Numbered from the stretch's first letter, positions 19,207 through 27,134 are shown. The stretch is DNA of 30,724 nucleotides from a virus (IMGVR_UViG_3300022930_000219:1-30724); one strand, 5' to 3'. The notes: generated by a model not told the origin, from the letters alone. Numbers and translations are program-made.

Positions 19207-19845
19207 TTATTTTAAAGGGATGTTTGATCTGGTACCATCATTATTCACAATTATCTGCTTTAAAAAATTCACTGTATAATTTGCCACGTTTGTTTTAATA
19301 TCTTCAATCAATTGTGGTATTTCTTTACTATAAATCGAACGTGGTTTAAAACCTTTTTTCCAGATATTAGTACTCATACCCCAAGCCGCTCTTTCTACTA
19401 AATCATCCTCACTTAAATCTTCAAACTTACTTGGATTACCACCCATATTTTCCTCGTTCCTCAATTGTAGGTTTTTTGTTTTGATGTAATTTATAAATAC
19501 GTCTACAGGCGGTCTTAAATCACGATATGTAAAAGGCGTATCGTAGTTCTTTATGAATGAGCCATTTACACCAAGATCTTGGAAAAGAAGGTGATTGGGG
19601 ATTATGATATCTACCTTGTCATCTGAAACATCCAATCTTATGTCTTCAATTTCTCCAGTGACAATGAAATCTTTTGTATTATGGATATTTGTTTTAACCC
19701 TCTCAATAAAATTTGCACAGAGATTCTCTACAACATTCATTGCACCCGCTGTGTTAAATTCAGATCTGTTACTACCTAATGCATCCAAAGCATCCATCTG
19801 TGCCTGTCGTCTCGCTTGTGTGCTTGCTTGTGATCTACTTGCCAT
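19207..19845 (-). CDS. Putative neck/tail completion protein
   Basis: 212 aa; FQDLGVNG, RPPVDVF and IWKKGFKPR motifs resembling HK97 gp10-like morphogenesis proteins. Confidence 0.5.
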   Translation of the reverse strand: MASRSQASTQARRQAQMDALDALGSNRSEFNTAGAMNVVENLCANFIERVKTNIHNTKDFIVTGEIEDIRLDVSDDKVDIIIPNHLLFQDLGVNGSFIKNYDTPFTYRDLRPPVDVFINYIKTKNLQLRNEENMGGNPSKFEDLSEDDLVERAAWGMSTNIWKKGFKPRSIYSKEIPQLIEDIKTNVANYTVNFLKQIIVNNDGTRSNIPLK

Positions 19846-20140
19846 TTCTTTTCTGTTTTCTTTGTATCATCTTCACTTTATCATTTAACATATTACCAAG
19901 TGCAAGCACGTGCATTGCAGGCTGATCTATTGTACTGAAGTAATCAAGATTTAATTCTTTGCAAACGCTTATCCCAAGCTCGATCCATCCGTACAGTTGT
20001 TGATATTGTTTTTCTTCGTCTTCCAAAATGTCATCCAAGATACTAGATGGATCATCTTCATCTTCAATGTCTTCACTATTATCTTCCAGACCAAAAAACG
20101 TTGTGAACGTAGTAGTGATTTCCGTAATGATTTCGTTAAC
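19835..20140 (-). CDS. -1 frameshift extension of the tail assembly chaperone (gpT-like)
   Basis: Frame open from the slippery site to the stop at 19835; includes the listed 67-aa ORF; predicted fusion is 249 aa. Confidence 0.75.
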   Translation of the reverse strand, partial: VNEIITEITTTFTTFFGLEDNSEDIEDEDDPSSILDDILEDEEKQYQQLYGWIELGISVCKELNLDYFSTIDQPAMHVLALGNMLNDKVKMIQRKQKRNGK

Positions 20141-20583
20141 TTTCCCATCACTTGCATTACCTCAAAAATGCTTAATTGATTGATTTGTTGCGTTGTTAGA
20201 TCTGTTACGATAATACTTAATATATCTTCCATATTGGAGTATGGATCTTGTACCATTTTAATTAAACTTTGGAAATCCTTAAACGTTAATGTTTCCAAAT
20301 CTTTTAAATTATAAGGTGATTCAGTAATCACTATTTCAGCATCTAGAAACTTCAATCCATCCATTAATTTCAACATAGTTGGAAACGGTAATTTATCTAA
20401 ATCTGATAATGGGATGTTACATAGAATGGATAACACACAGTAGGTCTGATATAATTGAAAATCTTCATCATCAACATTATCAGGCTGATCAATCATTATA
20501 TTTTCTTGCAATAATAGATACGTCTTCCAATTTATATCTCTATAAGTACGTGGCATTTTATTTAATAATTCTTCTTCTTTCAT
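19969..20583 (-). CDS. Tail assembly chaperone (gpG-like)
   Basis: 204-aa acidic helical ORF containing an in-frame G GGA AAG slippery heptamer. Confidence 0.7.
   Translation of the reverse strand: MKEEELLNKMPRTYRDINWKTYLLLQENIMIDQPDNVDDEDFQLYQTYCVLSILCNIPLSDLDKLPFPTMLKLMDGLKFLDAEIVITESPYNLKDLETLTFKDFQSLIKMVQDPYSNMEDILSIIVTDLTTQQINQLSIFEVMQVMGKLTKSLRKSLLRSQRFLVWKIIVKTLKMKMIHLVSWMTFWKTKKNNINNCTDGSSLG
20140..20146 (-). other. Programmed -1 ribosomal frameshift site GGGAAAG
   Basis: Same heptamer and phase as lambda G/GT; the -1 frame has a TGA a few codons upstream and is open downstream. Confidence 0.8.
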
Positions 20584-20585
20584 AC

Positions 20586-20598
20586 CGATAAATATTAG
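20586..20598 (-). promoter_or_regulatory. Promoter-like motif CTAATATTTATCG
   Basis: Only 2 bp upstream of ATG 20583. Confidence 0.7.
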
Positions 20599-20619
20599 AT
20601 GTTAGATATTGAATTAATG

Positions 20620-20657
20620 GGAGTTACTATGTTTCCGGTAGGAAACATGTAACGTCC
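20620..20657. repeat. CATG hairpin 8 (bulged): GGA-GTTAC-(T)-ATGTTTCC-GGTA-GGAAACAT-GTAAC-(G)-TCC
   Basis: 16-bp stem with two single extrahelical bases; 4 bp past the TerL stop. Confidence 0.85.
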
Positions 20658-20661
20658 TGTA

Positions 20662-21861
20662 TTACGGCCAACCAAAACTTGATTCAAAGTTGGTTATTGT
20701 TGACTGTTTGAATTTATTAGCGAGGGCAAGCGAGATCACGCAATCATCGTGTGGTTTTCCCTCGTAATATATATATCCAGTGCTATTATAACGATATTGA
20801 AAATTGGTTAACTCTGTTGCTGTTTGTTCTGTAAATTTTAACTCGTTCCTTTCAAGACTTAAGATCAATTGTTTAATCAATTGTGGTTTAGTGGTAACAT
20901 TGAATTTGAAGCCCCTTAAATTTTGAACTGTTCTTTGAAGCTGTTCAAATAAAACATCACCTGCACCTGTACTATCCATCACCTTTTGGATATCAGGTGG
21001 CAATGATGCTATCACTTTCATTGTACTATCGTGATCCTTTTGGAAACGCATATGCAGGCACATTCTGCCGTCTTCATCTATACCCGTAATACTTGACCAA
21101 TCTACCGTCTTAGCAACATCAATCCCTATTATTACGGGACGTTTAGTTGATAGGGCTGATATAGTATTACGTGTTATTACATCCGCTTCTACAATACAAT
21201 TCTTATTTGCACTTTCCAATGCAAGGTATTCTTGCTCCCACGTTTGCTTTGGTAGTGAGGCTTGTGTCCGTAATAAATAATCAACACTTAAATATGGGTT
21301 GTCAAAACAGGTAAAGTAAAATGCCTGCATATATCCATCATCTTCACATTCAACAGCTTTTTGATATAATTCTGTGAAGAAATTTTTTCCAAATGGCGTA
21401 CTCAATATGATAACATCACCATCGTGTCTAGCTAATACTGCACTGATATCAGCCTCATATGATTCTTGTGGTGTTCTCCAATATGCAAACTCATCACATA
21501 TGAGCAAATGGAGCGTGTTACCCCTTAAAGTTTTTGTAGCGTTACCAGAATAGAATTGAATCTTTCCACCCGTAATTAATTGAAGTTGTAAACTGCTATG
21601 ATTCTTTTTATCAATAATTGATTCTGGTATTGTCTCCAATAGTAATTGGAAGAACTTCTTACTTAGATCAAAATCGTGACAAACATAACCAACAATCTTA
21701 CCTGCTAACATTGCTTGTACTGCTAAGATCAAAGCAACGGTAGACTTGCCTGATTGCCTGCCACATTTTAGAACCTTAACCTTAGCTTTGGAATTTAATA
21801 TCGGTATTTGCTTGCTGTGTGCCTTAGGTAATGTCAACACAACATCTTTTGGTTGTTGCAT
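20662..21861 (-). CDS. terL: Terminase large subunit
   Basis: Walker A GRQSGKS, Walker B LLICDEFA, ILSTP motif, nuclease IGIDVA and HDDCVISLALA. Confidence 0.95.
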   Translation of the reverse strand: MQQPKDVVLTLPKAHSKQIPILNSKAKVKVLKCGRQSGKSTVALILAVQAMLAGKIVGYVCHDFDLSKKFFQLLLETIPESIIDKKNHSSLQLQLITGGKIQFYSGNATKTLRGNTLHLLICDEFAYWRTPQESYEADISAVLARHDGDVIILSTPFGKNFFTELYQKAVECEDDGYMQAFYFTCFDNPYLSVDYLLRTQASLPKQTWEQEYLALESANKNCIVEADVITRNTISALSTKRPVIIGIDVAKTVDWSSITGIDEDGRMCLHMRFQKDHDSTMKVIASLPPDIQKVMDSTGAGDVLFEQLQRTVQNLRGFKFNVTTKPQLIKQLILSLERNELKFTEQTATELTNFQYRYNSTGYIYYEGKPHDDCVISLALANKFKQSTITNFESSFGWP

Positions 21862-22163
21862 TATACATTATCAATCAAATTATCGTTATCACTTTCATAT
21901 TTAACAATAATGTTTATTCCACCGCTGTGTTCTACGGAGTCATCTGATTTACTAAGATTTGGAAGTACTTTATTGGAAAGTTTGTCCAATAACATCCATT
22001 GCTGAAATGGTGACATAGAGGCTAAATCAGCCTCTAATTCATCCGTTTTCATACTTAGAACCTTTTGGAATGCAGTCCTTATTTCCTCTGTTGTTTTATT
22101 CTTTGTCCCTTTTTTTCTACCTGCATTCGGTAATCGAGGTGTACCCTTTGTGAATTTTGCCAT
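21861..22163 (-). CDS. terS: Terminase small subunit
   Basis: MAKFTKG...GRKKGTKNK N-terminus, VEHSGGINI C-terminus; 1-bp overlap with terL; ATG 22163 lies behind a promoter motif. Confidence 0.75.
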   Translation of the reverse strand: MAKFTKGTPRLPNAGRKKGTKNKTTEEIRTAFQKVLSMKTDELEADLASMSPFQQWMLLDKLSNKVLPNLSKSDDSVEHSGGINIIVKYESDNDNLIDNV

Positions 22164-22180
22164 TAGTATTCCATTATTTC

Positions 22181-22193
22181 TAATAGATATTAG
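22181..22193 (-). promoter_or_regulatory. Promoter-like motif variant CTAATATCTATTA
   Basis: 17 bp upstream of ATG 22163. Confidence 0.6.
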
Positions 22194-22284
22194 CTTATAT
22201 AGAGGGTTAAAATGATTGAGGCACCCTGAAGATTGGAATATTAGTTTTATCTTGCAGTTACACTTAACGATCTGCAATTAACTT

Positions 22285-23040
22285 ATGAGTAACGAAAATG
22301 ATTATGTAGAACGGTTTACTAAATATATACCCTTATTAACATTTATTGCCCTTACTTATGGAACTGTTACCAATCTAATTGAATATAGTAGATTCAACAT
22401 TAATGTGATAAGTTATTTAGATGTTAATGAAATTGTATTGCAGTCAATTGGAGACTTAGTTATTGTCTTTTGCAGTGCTTTATTAATTTATTTCGGAATG
22501 CTTATCTTTATTGCTCTTGGTATGGGGATAGGATTTGAACAAAGTCTTCAAAAACCGAATACAATCGCATCGATATCAGCCAATCAACCTGTGATGATGT
22601 TGATTAAGATGAATATTTCAATAATCATAATTGGCACTATATTAAGATATTTCAACTACGTGGATGTAAAACTTTATACAGCTCTGATATCTACAGTGGT
22701 CTTAATAACTACATCCCTGATACTGTTTCAAGAATTAAACAGATCATACTATCAAAGGCATCATAAGTTAATAACAAGAGAGCTTATATTCATTTTATCA
22801 TTATCATTCTTCGTTTTAACTTATGCGATAATAAAAGGGATTTCGAAAAACGTGATGTTTCATAATGACAACAAGTACCTGAAAAATTCTATAGAATTTG
22901 ATGGTAAACTGATAAAAAGTACACCTACATACTATCTCATATTAAAAACGAATAACTACGTGTTATTTTATAACGAAGCAAATGGTACTACTGATGTATT
23001 TCCTACTTCTAAAATTGATAAATACACGTTAACCAGATAA
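22285..23040 (+). CDS. Multi-pass membrane protein (accessory)
   Basis: 251 aa with about 5 hydrophobic helices and a small soluble C-terminal beta domain. Confidence 0.65.
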   Translation: MSNENDYVERFTKYIPLLTFIALTYGTVTNLIEYSRFNINVISYLDVNEIVLQSIGDLVIVFCSALLIYFGMLIFIALGMGIGFEQSLQKPNTIASISANQPVMMLIKMNISIIIIGTILRYFNYVDVKLYTALISTVVLITTSLILFQELNRSYYQRHHKLITRELIFILSLSFFVLTYAIIKGISKNVMFHNDNKYLKNSIEFDGKLIKSTPTYYLILKTNNYVLFYNEANGTTDVFPTSKIDKYTLTR

Positions 23041-23093
23041 AAAAACCACCAACAAATAATTGCTGACGATCTAAGGATGAGATGTATTTTATG

Positions 23094-23132
23094 AAGAGTT
23101 TGACATGTGTCCGGTGGACACATGCAACTCTT
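23094..23132. repeat. CATG hairpin 9 (two-CATG, bulged): AAGAGTT-(T)-G-(A)-CATGTGTCC-GGT-GGACACATG-C-AACTCTT
   Basis: 17-bp stem with two extrahelical bases, between two accessory genes. Confidence 0.85.
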
Positions 23133-23154
23133 AATTTTTATAGATTCAATAAAT

Positions 23155-23988
23155 ATGATACAACATTTAACTTCGTCCGATTACAACTCCATATTACTAG
23201 TACTAGGATCAGCAACGGTAATTATTCCATTTACAGGTAAAGTTTATGATGGTAGACGTAAATGGTATAAAAGGTTTACTGTAAAGGGCTGGATAGTTAT
23301 AATCACATTTATTTTGAGTTTAACCTGTTCTATTGCAAAAGATCGGGAAACACAGAATGAAGAAGATTTAAAAGTAGGTATTGCTAAAATCGAAAAAAGA
23401 AAAGATGATTCTATATCTAGATTAGCAAATGAAAATAGCACCGCAAAGGTGATTGGAACGTTTACAACATCACTAGCACGATACGGACTAAAATATGATT
23501 CAACAACAAATGAAATTCAAAAATCAATTACGACCAACATAGAGAATAGCAAACTGAATCCCGTAGTGGGTATATTAACTATGGACAGAGATACCACAAA
23601 AAGTGGGATTGATTTAAATTACCAACTATGTTCCTCCCAAGCAACTGCATACAACATCAAGGTAGGAATTTATAATGTTTTAAGAACTAAAAAAAATGAA
23701 TTAATATACCTTACTGGAACTGATAGAAAAACTGAAATTGACGCACTTATACTAACCAACTGTATGCAGTTGAATATTCAAACTACTGATCCCGAAAGCG
23801 TTGTATCACATATTTATTTTTATGCTAAATTTGATTACGAAGATGAAATAGGGAAGAAAATTTCAAGAACAGAGTTAACCGCTTTTGATACTTCGACAAA
23901 TACAATGAACTATTTAACACCTAAAGAATCCTTGTGGATTAAAGACTTCTATGCAAAAAATGTATTTAATACTAAAAAACCCCACTGA
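23155..23988 (+). CDS. Membrane-anchored accessory protein (2 N-terminal TM helices plus soluble domain)
   Basis: ATG 23155 (MIQHLT) preferred over GTG 23107, which lies inside the hairpin. Confidence 0.6.
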   Translation: MIQHLTSSDYNSILLVLGSATVIIPFTGKVYDGRRKWYKRFTVKGWIVIITFILSLTCSIAKDRETQNEEDLKVGIAKIEKRKDDSISRLANENSTAKVIGTFTTSLARYGLKYDSTTNEIQKSITTNIENSKLNPVVGILTMDRDTTKSGIDLNYQLCSSQATAYNIKVGIYNVLRTKKNELIYLTGTDRKTEIDALILTNCMQLNIQTTDPESVVSHIYFYAKFDYEDEIGKKISRTELTAFDTSTNTMNYLTPKESLWIKDFYAKNVFNTKKPH

Positions 23989-24005
23989 CTTTAATCAATG
24001 AGGTT
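23974..24005 (-). terminator. Rho-independent terminator
   Basis: Minus strand AACCTCATTGA-TTAAAG-TCAGTGGGGTT (G-U pairs) followed by TTTT. Confidence 0.7.
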
Positions 24006-24075
24006 GACACAGGTAGGAATTGCACCCACGTTGCAAGCGTTGTTACATCTGCACTTATTTCTCGGTCACTGTGCA
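24005..24075 (-). ncRNA. Degenerate tRNA-like element
   Basis: Acceptor GCACAG/CTGTGT, U8, A14-G15, T-arm GTGGG-TGCAATT-CCTAC; D and anticodon arms irregular; no CCA. Confidence 0.45.
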
Positions 24076-24254
24076 TTATCTTTAATTTGCTGTATCGCAA
24101 TCATAGCGGATGCAATCGCCAAACCACTATCTACTTTGGTTAACTGGTAACCTTCTGATGCTACCCAATCAAAAAATTCCTGTACTGAACCGTGTACCAG
24201 AATACCGCCTGAACGTTTGGTGAGCTTACACCATTTATTATATAATTCCCTCAT
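24066..24254 (-). CDS. Hypothetical phage protein
   Basis: 62 aa; 1-bp overlap with the upstream gene. Confidence 0.55.
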   Translation of the reverse strand: MRELYNKWCKLTKRSGGILVHGSVQEFFDWVASEGYQLTKVDSGLAIASAMIAIQQIKDNAQ

Positions 24255-24538
24255 TAGTTCTTTCCCTTTTTAACTGGTACCACTACATCCAATTCTGCTT
24301 TAGTTCTTAGGTACCAACTAGAATAAATCGTAAAAGTATCTCTGATTGACGCTCCACAGGTAGTGCAGAATGTTTTAGCCATTTGTCCGTTAGCACGTTC
24401 CTGGATATCGGGGTAATGCACCTTCATTAGTTGTACTTCGCCTGCTGTAAGTTGTCCACTTGAATTAGCTGTAAACTGTATCATTTTGTTTTCAAGTGGC
24501 TCTAAAGCTTCTAAGAGTTGTTTATCGCTTATTCTCAT
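24254..24538 (-). CDS. Hypothetical phage protein with CxxC
   Basis: 94 aa; FCTTCGAS; overlaps both neighbours. Confidence 0.6.
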   Translation of the reverse strand: MRISDKQLLEALEPLENKMIQFTANSSGQLTAGEVQLMKVHYPDIQERANGQMAKTFCTTCGASIRDTFTIYSSWYLRTKAELDVVVPVKKGKN

Positions 24539-25238
24539 CGTCTATTTGTATTTTTATTTGGTTAATTCTAGCATACAATTCTTTGCGCTGTGCTACTGTT
24601 TTTGCTGATGGTCTACCAACACTTTGTTTATTTAGCTGTTGATAGAATAATGATTTATCCTCTTCTGTCATTCGTTCAATGATATCTTCAATCCCAAAAC
24701 CATATATCGTTTCAAAATCACTTGTTTCAAATGCGTCATCAACTATAATTAAAGGTTTCCCTGCATTAACACCATCATCATTATCCGTTGTTTCAATTGT
24801 GTTTACGTGTTCATTAGTGATGGAATTTAGATGCAGGATTCTTTGTACTACCCCACTACTACCAATGGCTATATCACCTCCTTTATTGGTCTTCAAAGAG
24901 AAACATTGACGTAACATTATTGTACCCGCTGTAGCCATTAACCATCTTGGAGATAGTTTTAGTAGTGCTACAATTTTTACCGCTGATATTTTCCATAAAT
25001 GTTGGAAGACGGTCTGATAACATTCCTCGCAAAGTTCTTCTCTTAATTCTGGATGGTCATTGTACTTCCAATTGATTCTAAGTTTAATAAATTCTTTAAA
25101 TGGATTCAGTGGTGTGTTTGACTTTTTAGCCATATAAAAACCATTGATTTTTCCATCTTCATAAAAATCTATGATCACTTCGTTCTTAATTTCTTCAGGC
25201 GTTTTATTCCCGAATTCATAAATATTTTTCTGCTTCAA
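24522..25238 (-). CDS. Putative divergent RNA polymerase sigma-like factor
   Basis: EELCEECYQTVFQHLWK resembles sigma region 2; IIERMTEEDKSLF...RKELYARINQIK resembles region 4; TTG start; lies upstream of the late genes. Confidence 0.5.
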   Translation of the reverse strand: MKQKNIYEFGNKTPEEIKNEVIIDFYEDGKINGFYMAKKSNTPLNPFKEFIKLRINWKYNDHPELREELCEECYQTVFQHLWKISAVKIVALLKLSPRWLMATAGTIMLRQCFSLKTNKGGDIAIGSSGVVQRILHLNSITNEHVNTIETTDNDDGVNAGKPLIIVDDAFETSDFETIYGFGIEDIIERMTEEDKSLFYQQLNKQSVGRPSAKTVAQRKELYARINQIKIQIDDENKR

Positions 25239-25241
25239 TGT

Positions 25242-25493
25242 TTATATAGATATAGGTAGAGCATCTAAAGCTCTTTGTATTGCAGTAGATAGCACAGGTG
25301 CAGTACAAGCAACGATTAGGTAATCCGTATTAAGGAATACAATAGAAAGGATCAATGAGATCCACCATCCTAAGCAAAATGAGCAAAGGAAAGGTTTTGA
25401 CGGTAGTCTCAGTTTCGAGACGGTGTTCTGGTATGCAGGTAACATCAATATGAAGTTGACGAATAGAGATACCAATACAATTTTTTCTAACAT
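25242..25493 (-). CDS. Small membrane protein with CxxC (DUF1360-like)
   Basis: KPFLCSFCLGWW followed by TM helices. Confidence 0.6.
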   Translation of the reverse strand: MLEKIVLVSLFVNFILMLPAYQNTVSKLRLPSKPFLCSFCLGWWISLILSIVFLNTDYLIVACTAPVLSTAIQRALDALPISI

Positions 25494-25537
25494 TTAATTT
25501 TATTCACTTCCAATTTTTGACTGCTTTGAAACAGTTT

Positions 25538-25555
25538 ACATGGCATTCGCCATGT
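25538..25555. repeat. CATG hairpin 10 (two-CATG type): ACATGGC-ATTC-GCCATGT
   Basis: 7-bp stem abutting the nuclease stop codon; same right flank (TTAAT) as 8761 and same left flank (GTTT) as 973. Confidence 0.9.
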
Positions 25556-25984
25556 TTAATTCCATTTGTAAACTTTAGCTTTGTTTACAGGTAATTCTAT
25601 CATCAATTTTTCTTTATGTCCTTTATTCTCTGAAGATGATACTGGATATAAATCATTATTTATATATACATCCATAATGTTGATATCTTTAAGATTGTAG
25701 CAACGTGCAACACCATCTGAAAAAATCATAAAGTAAAAATATGTACCGTTTCTATCTATGTTTCTGAGTGCTGATAACTTCTCATATTCTAAGATATCAG
25801 TATCATAACTGGTACTTTTTAGATCACCTCTATACTTTACTTCCATATACCAATTTCCCGTTAAGCTTGTACCAGATAAATCACATCTTGCACTTATATC
25901 AGTTTCTACCATATCAATCTTTGGGAATATTTTCATTACTATATTTCTACCTAATAGGTCTGCTTCTTCGTATTTATTCTGCAT
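25556..25984 (-). CDS. PD-(D/E)XK family endonuclease
   Basis: RCD...YMEVKYR catalytic pattern, ILEYEK, YFMIFSDG. Confidence 0.65.
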   Translation of the reverse strand: MQNKYEEADLLGRNIVMKIFPKIDMVETDISARCDLSGTSLTGNWYMEVKYRGDLKSTSYDTDILEYEKLSALRNIDRNGTYFYFMIFSDGVARCYNLKDINIMDVYINNDLYPVSSSENKGHKEKLMIELPVNKAKVYKWN

Positions 25985-26255
25985 TAGGACTTAGTTTATC
26001 AAACAATTTAGATAGAGCTGTACAAGCCTCATATAGTTCATTCTCCAATGCAAATTCTAATAATGTTGCAGTAGTATATTTTAAATCTGAATGATGTTTG
26101 ATTACCGCTTCTTCTGCAAGTATTCTTTTTAAATCAGCTTTTTTTTCACCTGACATTGAACCTTGCATCATTGCTATTTCAATCAAGATATCATTCTGTA
26201 GTTTATTTAATTGTTGTTTATTCATCGCTAGTCTTATCTGTTGTTTATAGTTCAT
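25974..26255 (-). CDS. Hypothetical protein with C-terminal UVR-like motif
   Basis: ALENELYEACTAL; start moved to ATG 26255. Confidence 0.5.
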   Translation of the reverse strand: MNYKQQIRLAMNKQQLNKLQNDILIEIAMMQGSMSGEKKADLKRILAEEAVIKHHSDLKYTTATLLEFALENELYEACTALSKLFDKLSPNAE

Positions 26256-26517
26256 TTTTAATCTCTTTTTTATTTTCATTTTCTTCAATTAATATTTTGG
26301 TAAAAATCTTAAACCATATATAACTTATATATATGTGAGTACCGTACTTCATAAGCTCATAGGTCATACTATCTTTATACATAATTTTTTGGGAACTTAG
26401 TAAGTCACAAAAAACTGATATAATAATTAATACTCCATATATAAGCCAAACGGTATTTATGATTGACATTTCTACCAATAAATTTTCAATAAATGTTTTT
26501 ATTTTATTTGTTTTCAT
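26245..26517 (-). CDS. Small membrane protein
   Basis: 90 aa with hydrophobic helices. Confidence 0.5.
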   Translation of the reverse strand: MKTNKIKTFIENLLVEMSIINTVWLIYGVLIIISVFCDLLSSQKIMYKDSMTYELMKYGTHIYISYIWFKIFTKILIEENENKKEIKNEL

Positions 26518-26599
26518 ATACCTATAAATACCTACTTATTTTATAGAATACCCGTTTCTTTTCTAAATGACAAAAAGATGACAATTAAAATTTAATCAT

Positions 26600-26627
26600 A
26601 AAAAATCCCGTATCTTTTGGATACAGG
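26600..26627 (-). terminator. Probable Rho-independent terminator
   Basis: Minus strand CCTGTATC-CAAAA-GATACGGG followed by ATTTTTT. Confidence 0.6.
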
Positions 26628-26660
26628 TGAAAACTGAATAAGTAAATTTAGATCAATTTC

Positions 26661-26786
26661 CTAAGGGAACTTTGTTGAACCGTGTTGTGCAATCTCTTGC
26701 TTTTTTGGTGCGGGTTGTGGATCATCTTTTTTACAGCTTTGAAAAATCATAGTAGATGCTATCAGGATTAATGTTAATGTTTTCAT
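26661..26786 (-). CDS. Unannotated 41-aa mini-lipoprotein
   Basis: Own translation MKTLTLILIASTMIFQSCKKDDPQPAPKKQEIAQHGSTKFP; lipobox FQS-C; ATGA overlap with the upstream stop; terminator follows. Confidence 0.75.
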   Translation of the reverse strand: MKTLTLILIASTMIFQSCKKDDPQPAPKKQEIAQHGSTKFP

Positions 26787-27034
26787 ATTTTTTGTATTTT
26801 TAAATTGTTTATTATTTTATAAAATATTAGTTTGTTTATATATATAGTAGTTATCGTATATGGCTTACCTTCCAAGCCGTGTAACGTAACGGTATTGTTA
26901 ATTGTATCATATCCTTCAATCAAATTTTTAAACTTCTTAGGACTTATCTTAAACAGTTTGCAAGCCTCGGTTTGACTGTAATACTGATATCTTATGAAAT
27001 CTTGCTCTGCCATTGTTTCATTCCATAATTTCAA
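26783..27034 (-). CDS. Small HTH (excisionase/MerR-like) DNA-binding protein
   Basis: YYSQTEACKLFKISPKKF; start uncertain (TTG 27034 or ATG 27013). Confidence 0.5.
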   Translation of the reverse strand: MKLWNETMAEQDFIRYQYYSQTEACKLFKISPKKFKNLIEGYDTINNTVTLHGLEGKPYTITTIYINKLIFYKIINNLKIQKI

Positions 27035-27134
27035 AGTTTAGCTAAACTAAAGGTCCTGTTTGAATAATCATACATATTTATCTGATTGCCAGGATAATAT
27101 GTTGATTATCAATACAATAATTTTAATCGTTAAC

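Noticed and set aside
20620-23132. Bulged hairpins as canonical integron attC sites
   Set aside because: Too short, GTT/AAC are in the opposite arrangement to RYYYAAC...GTTRRRY, and no IntI gene is present in the window.
24005-24075. Functional tRNA-Tyr(GTA)
   Set aside because: GTA lies in an oversized loop, the D arm is broken and the first acceptor pair is mismatched; kept only as a tRNA-like element.
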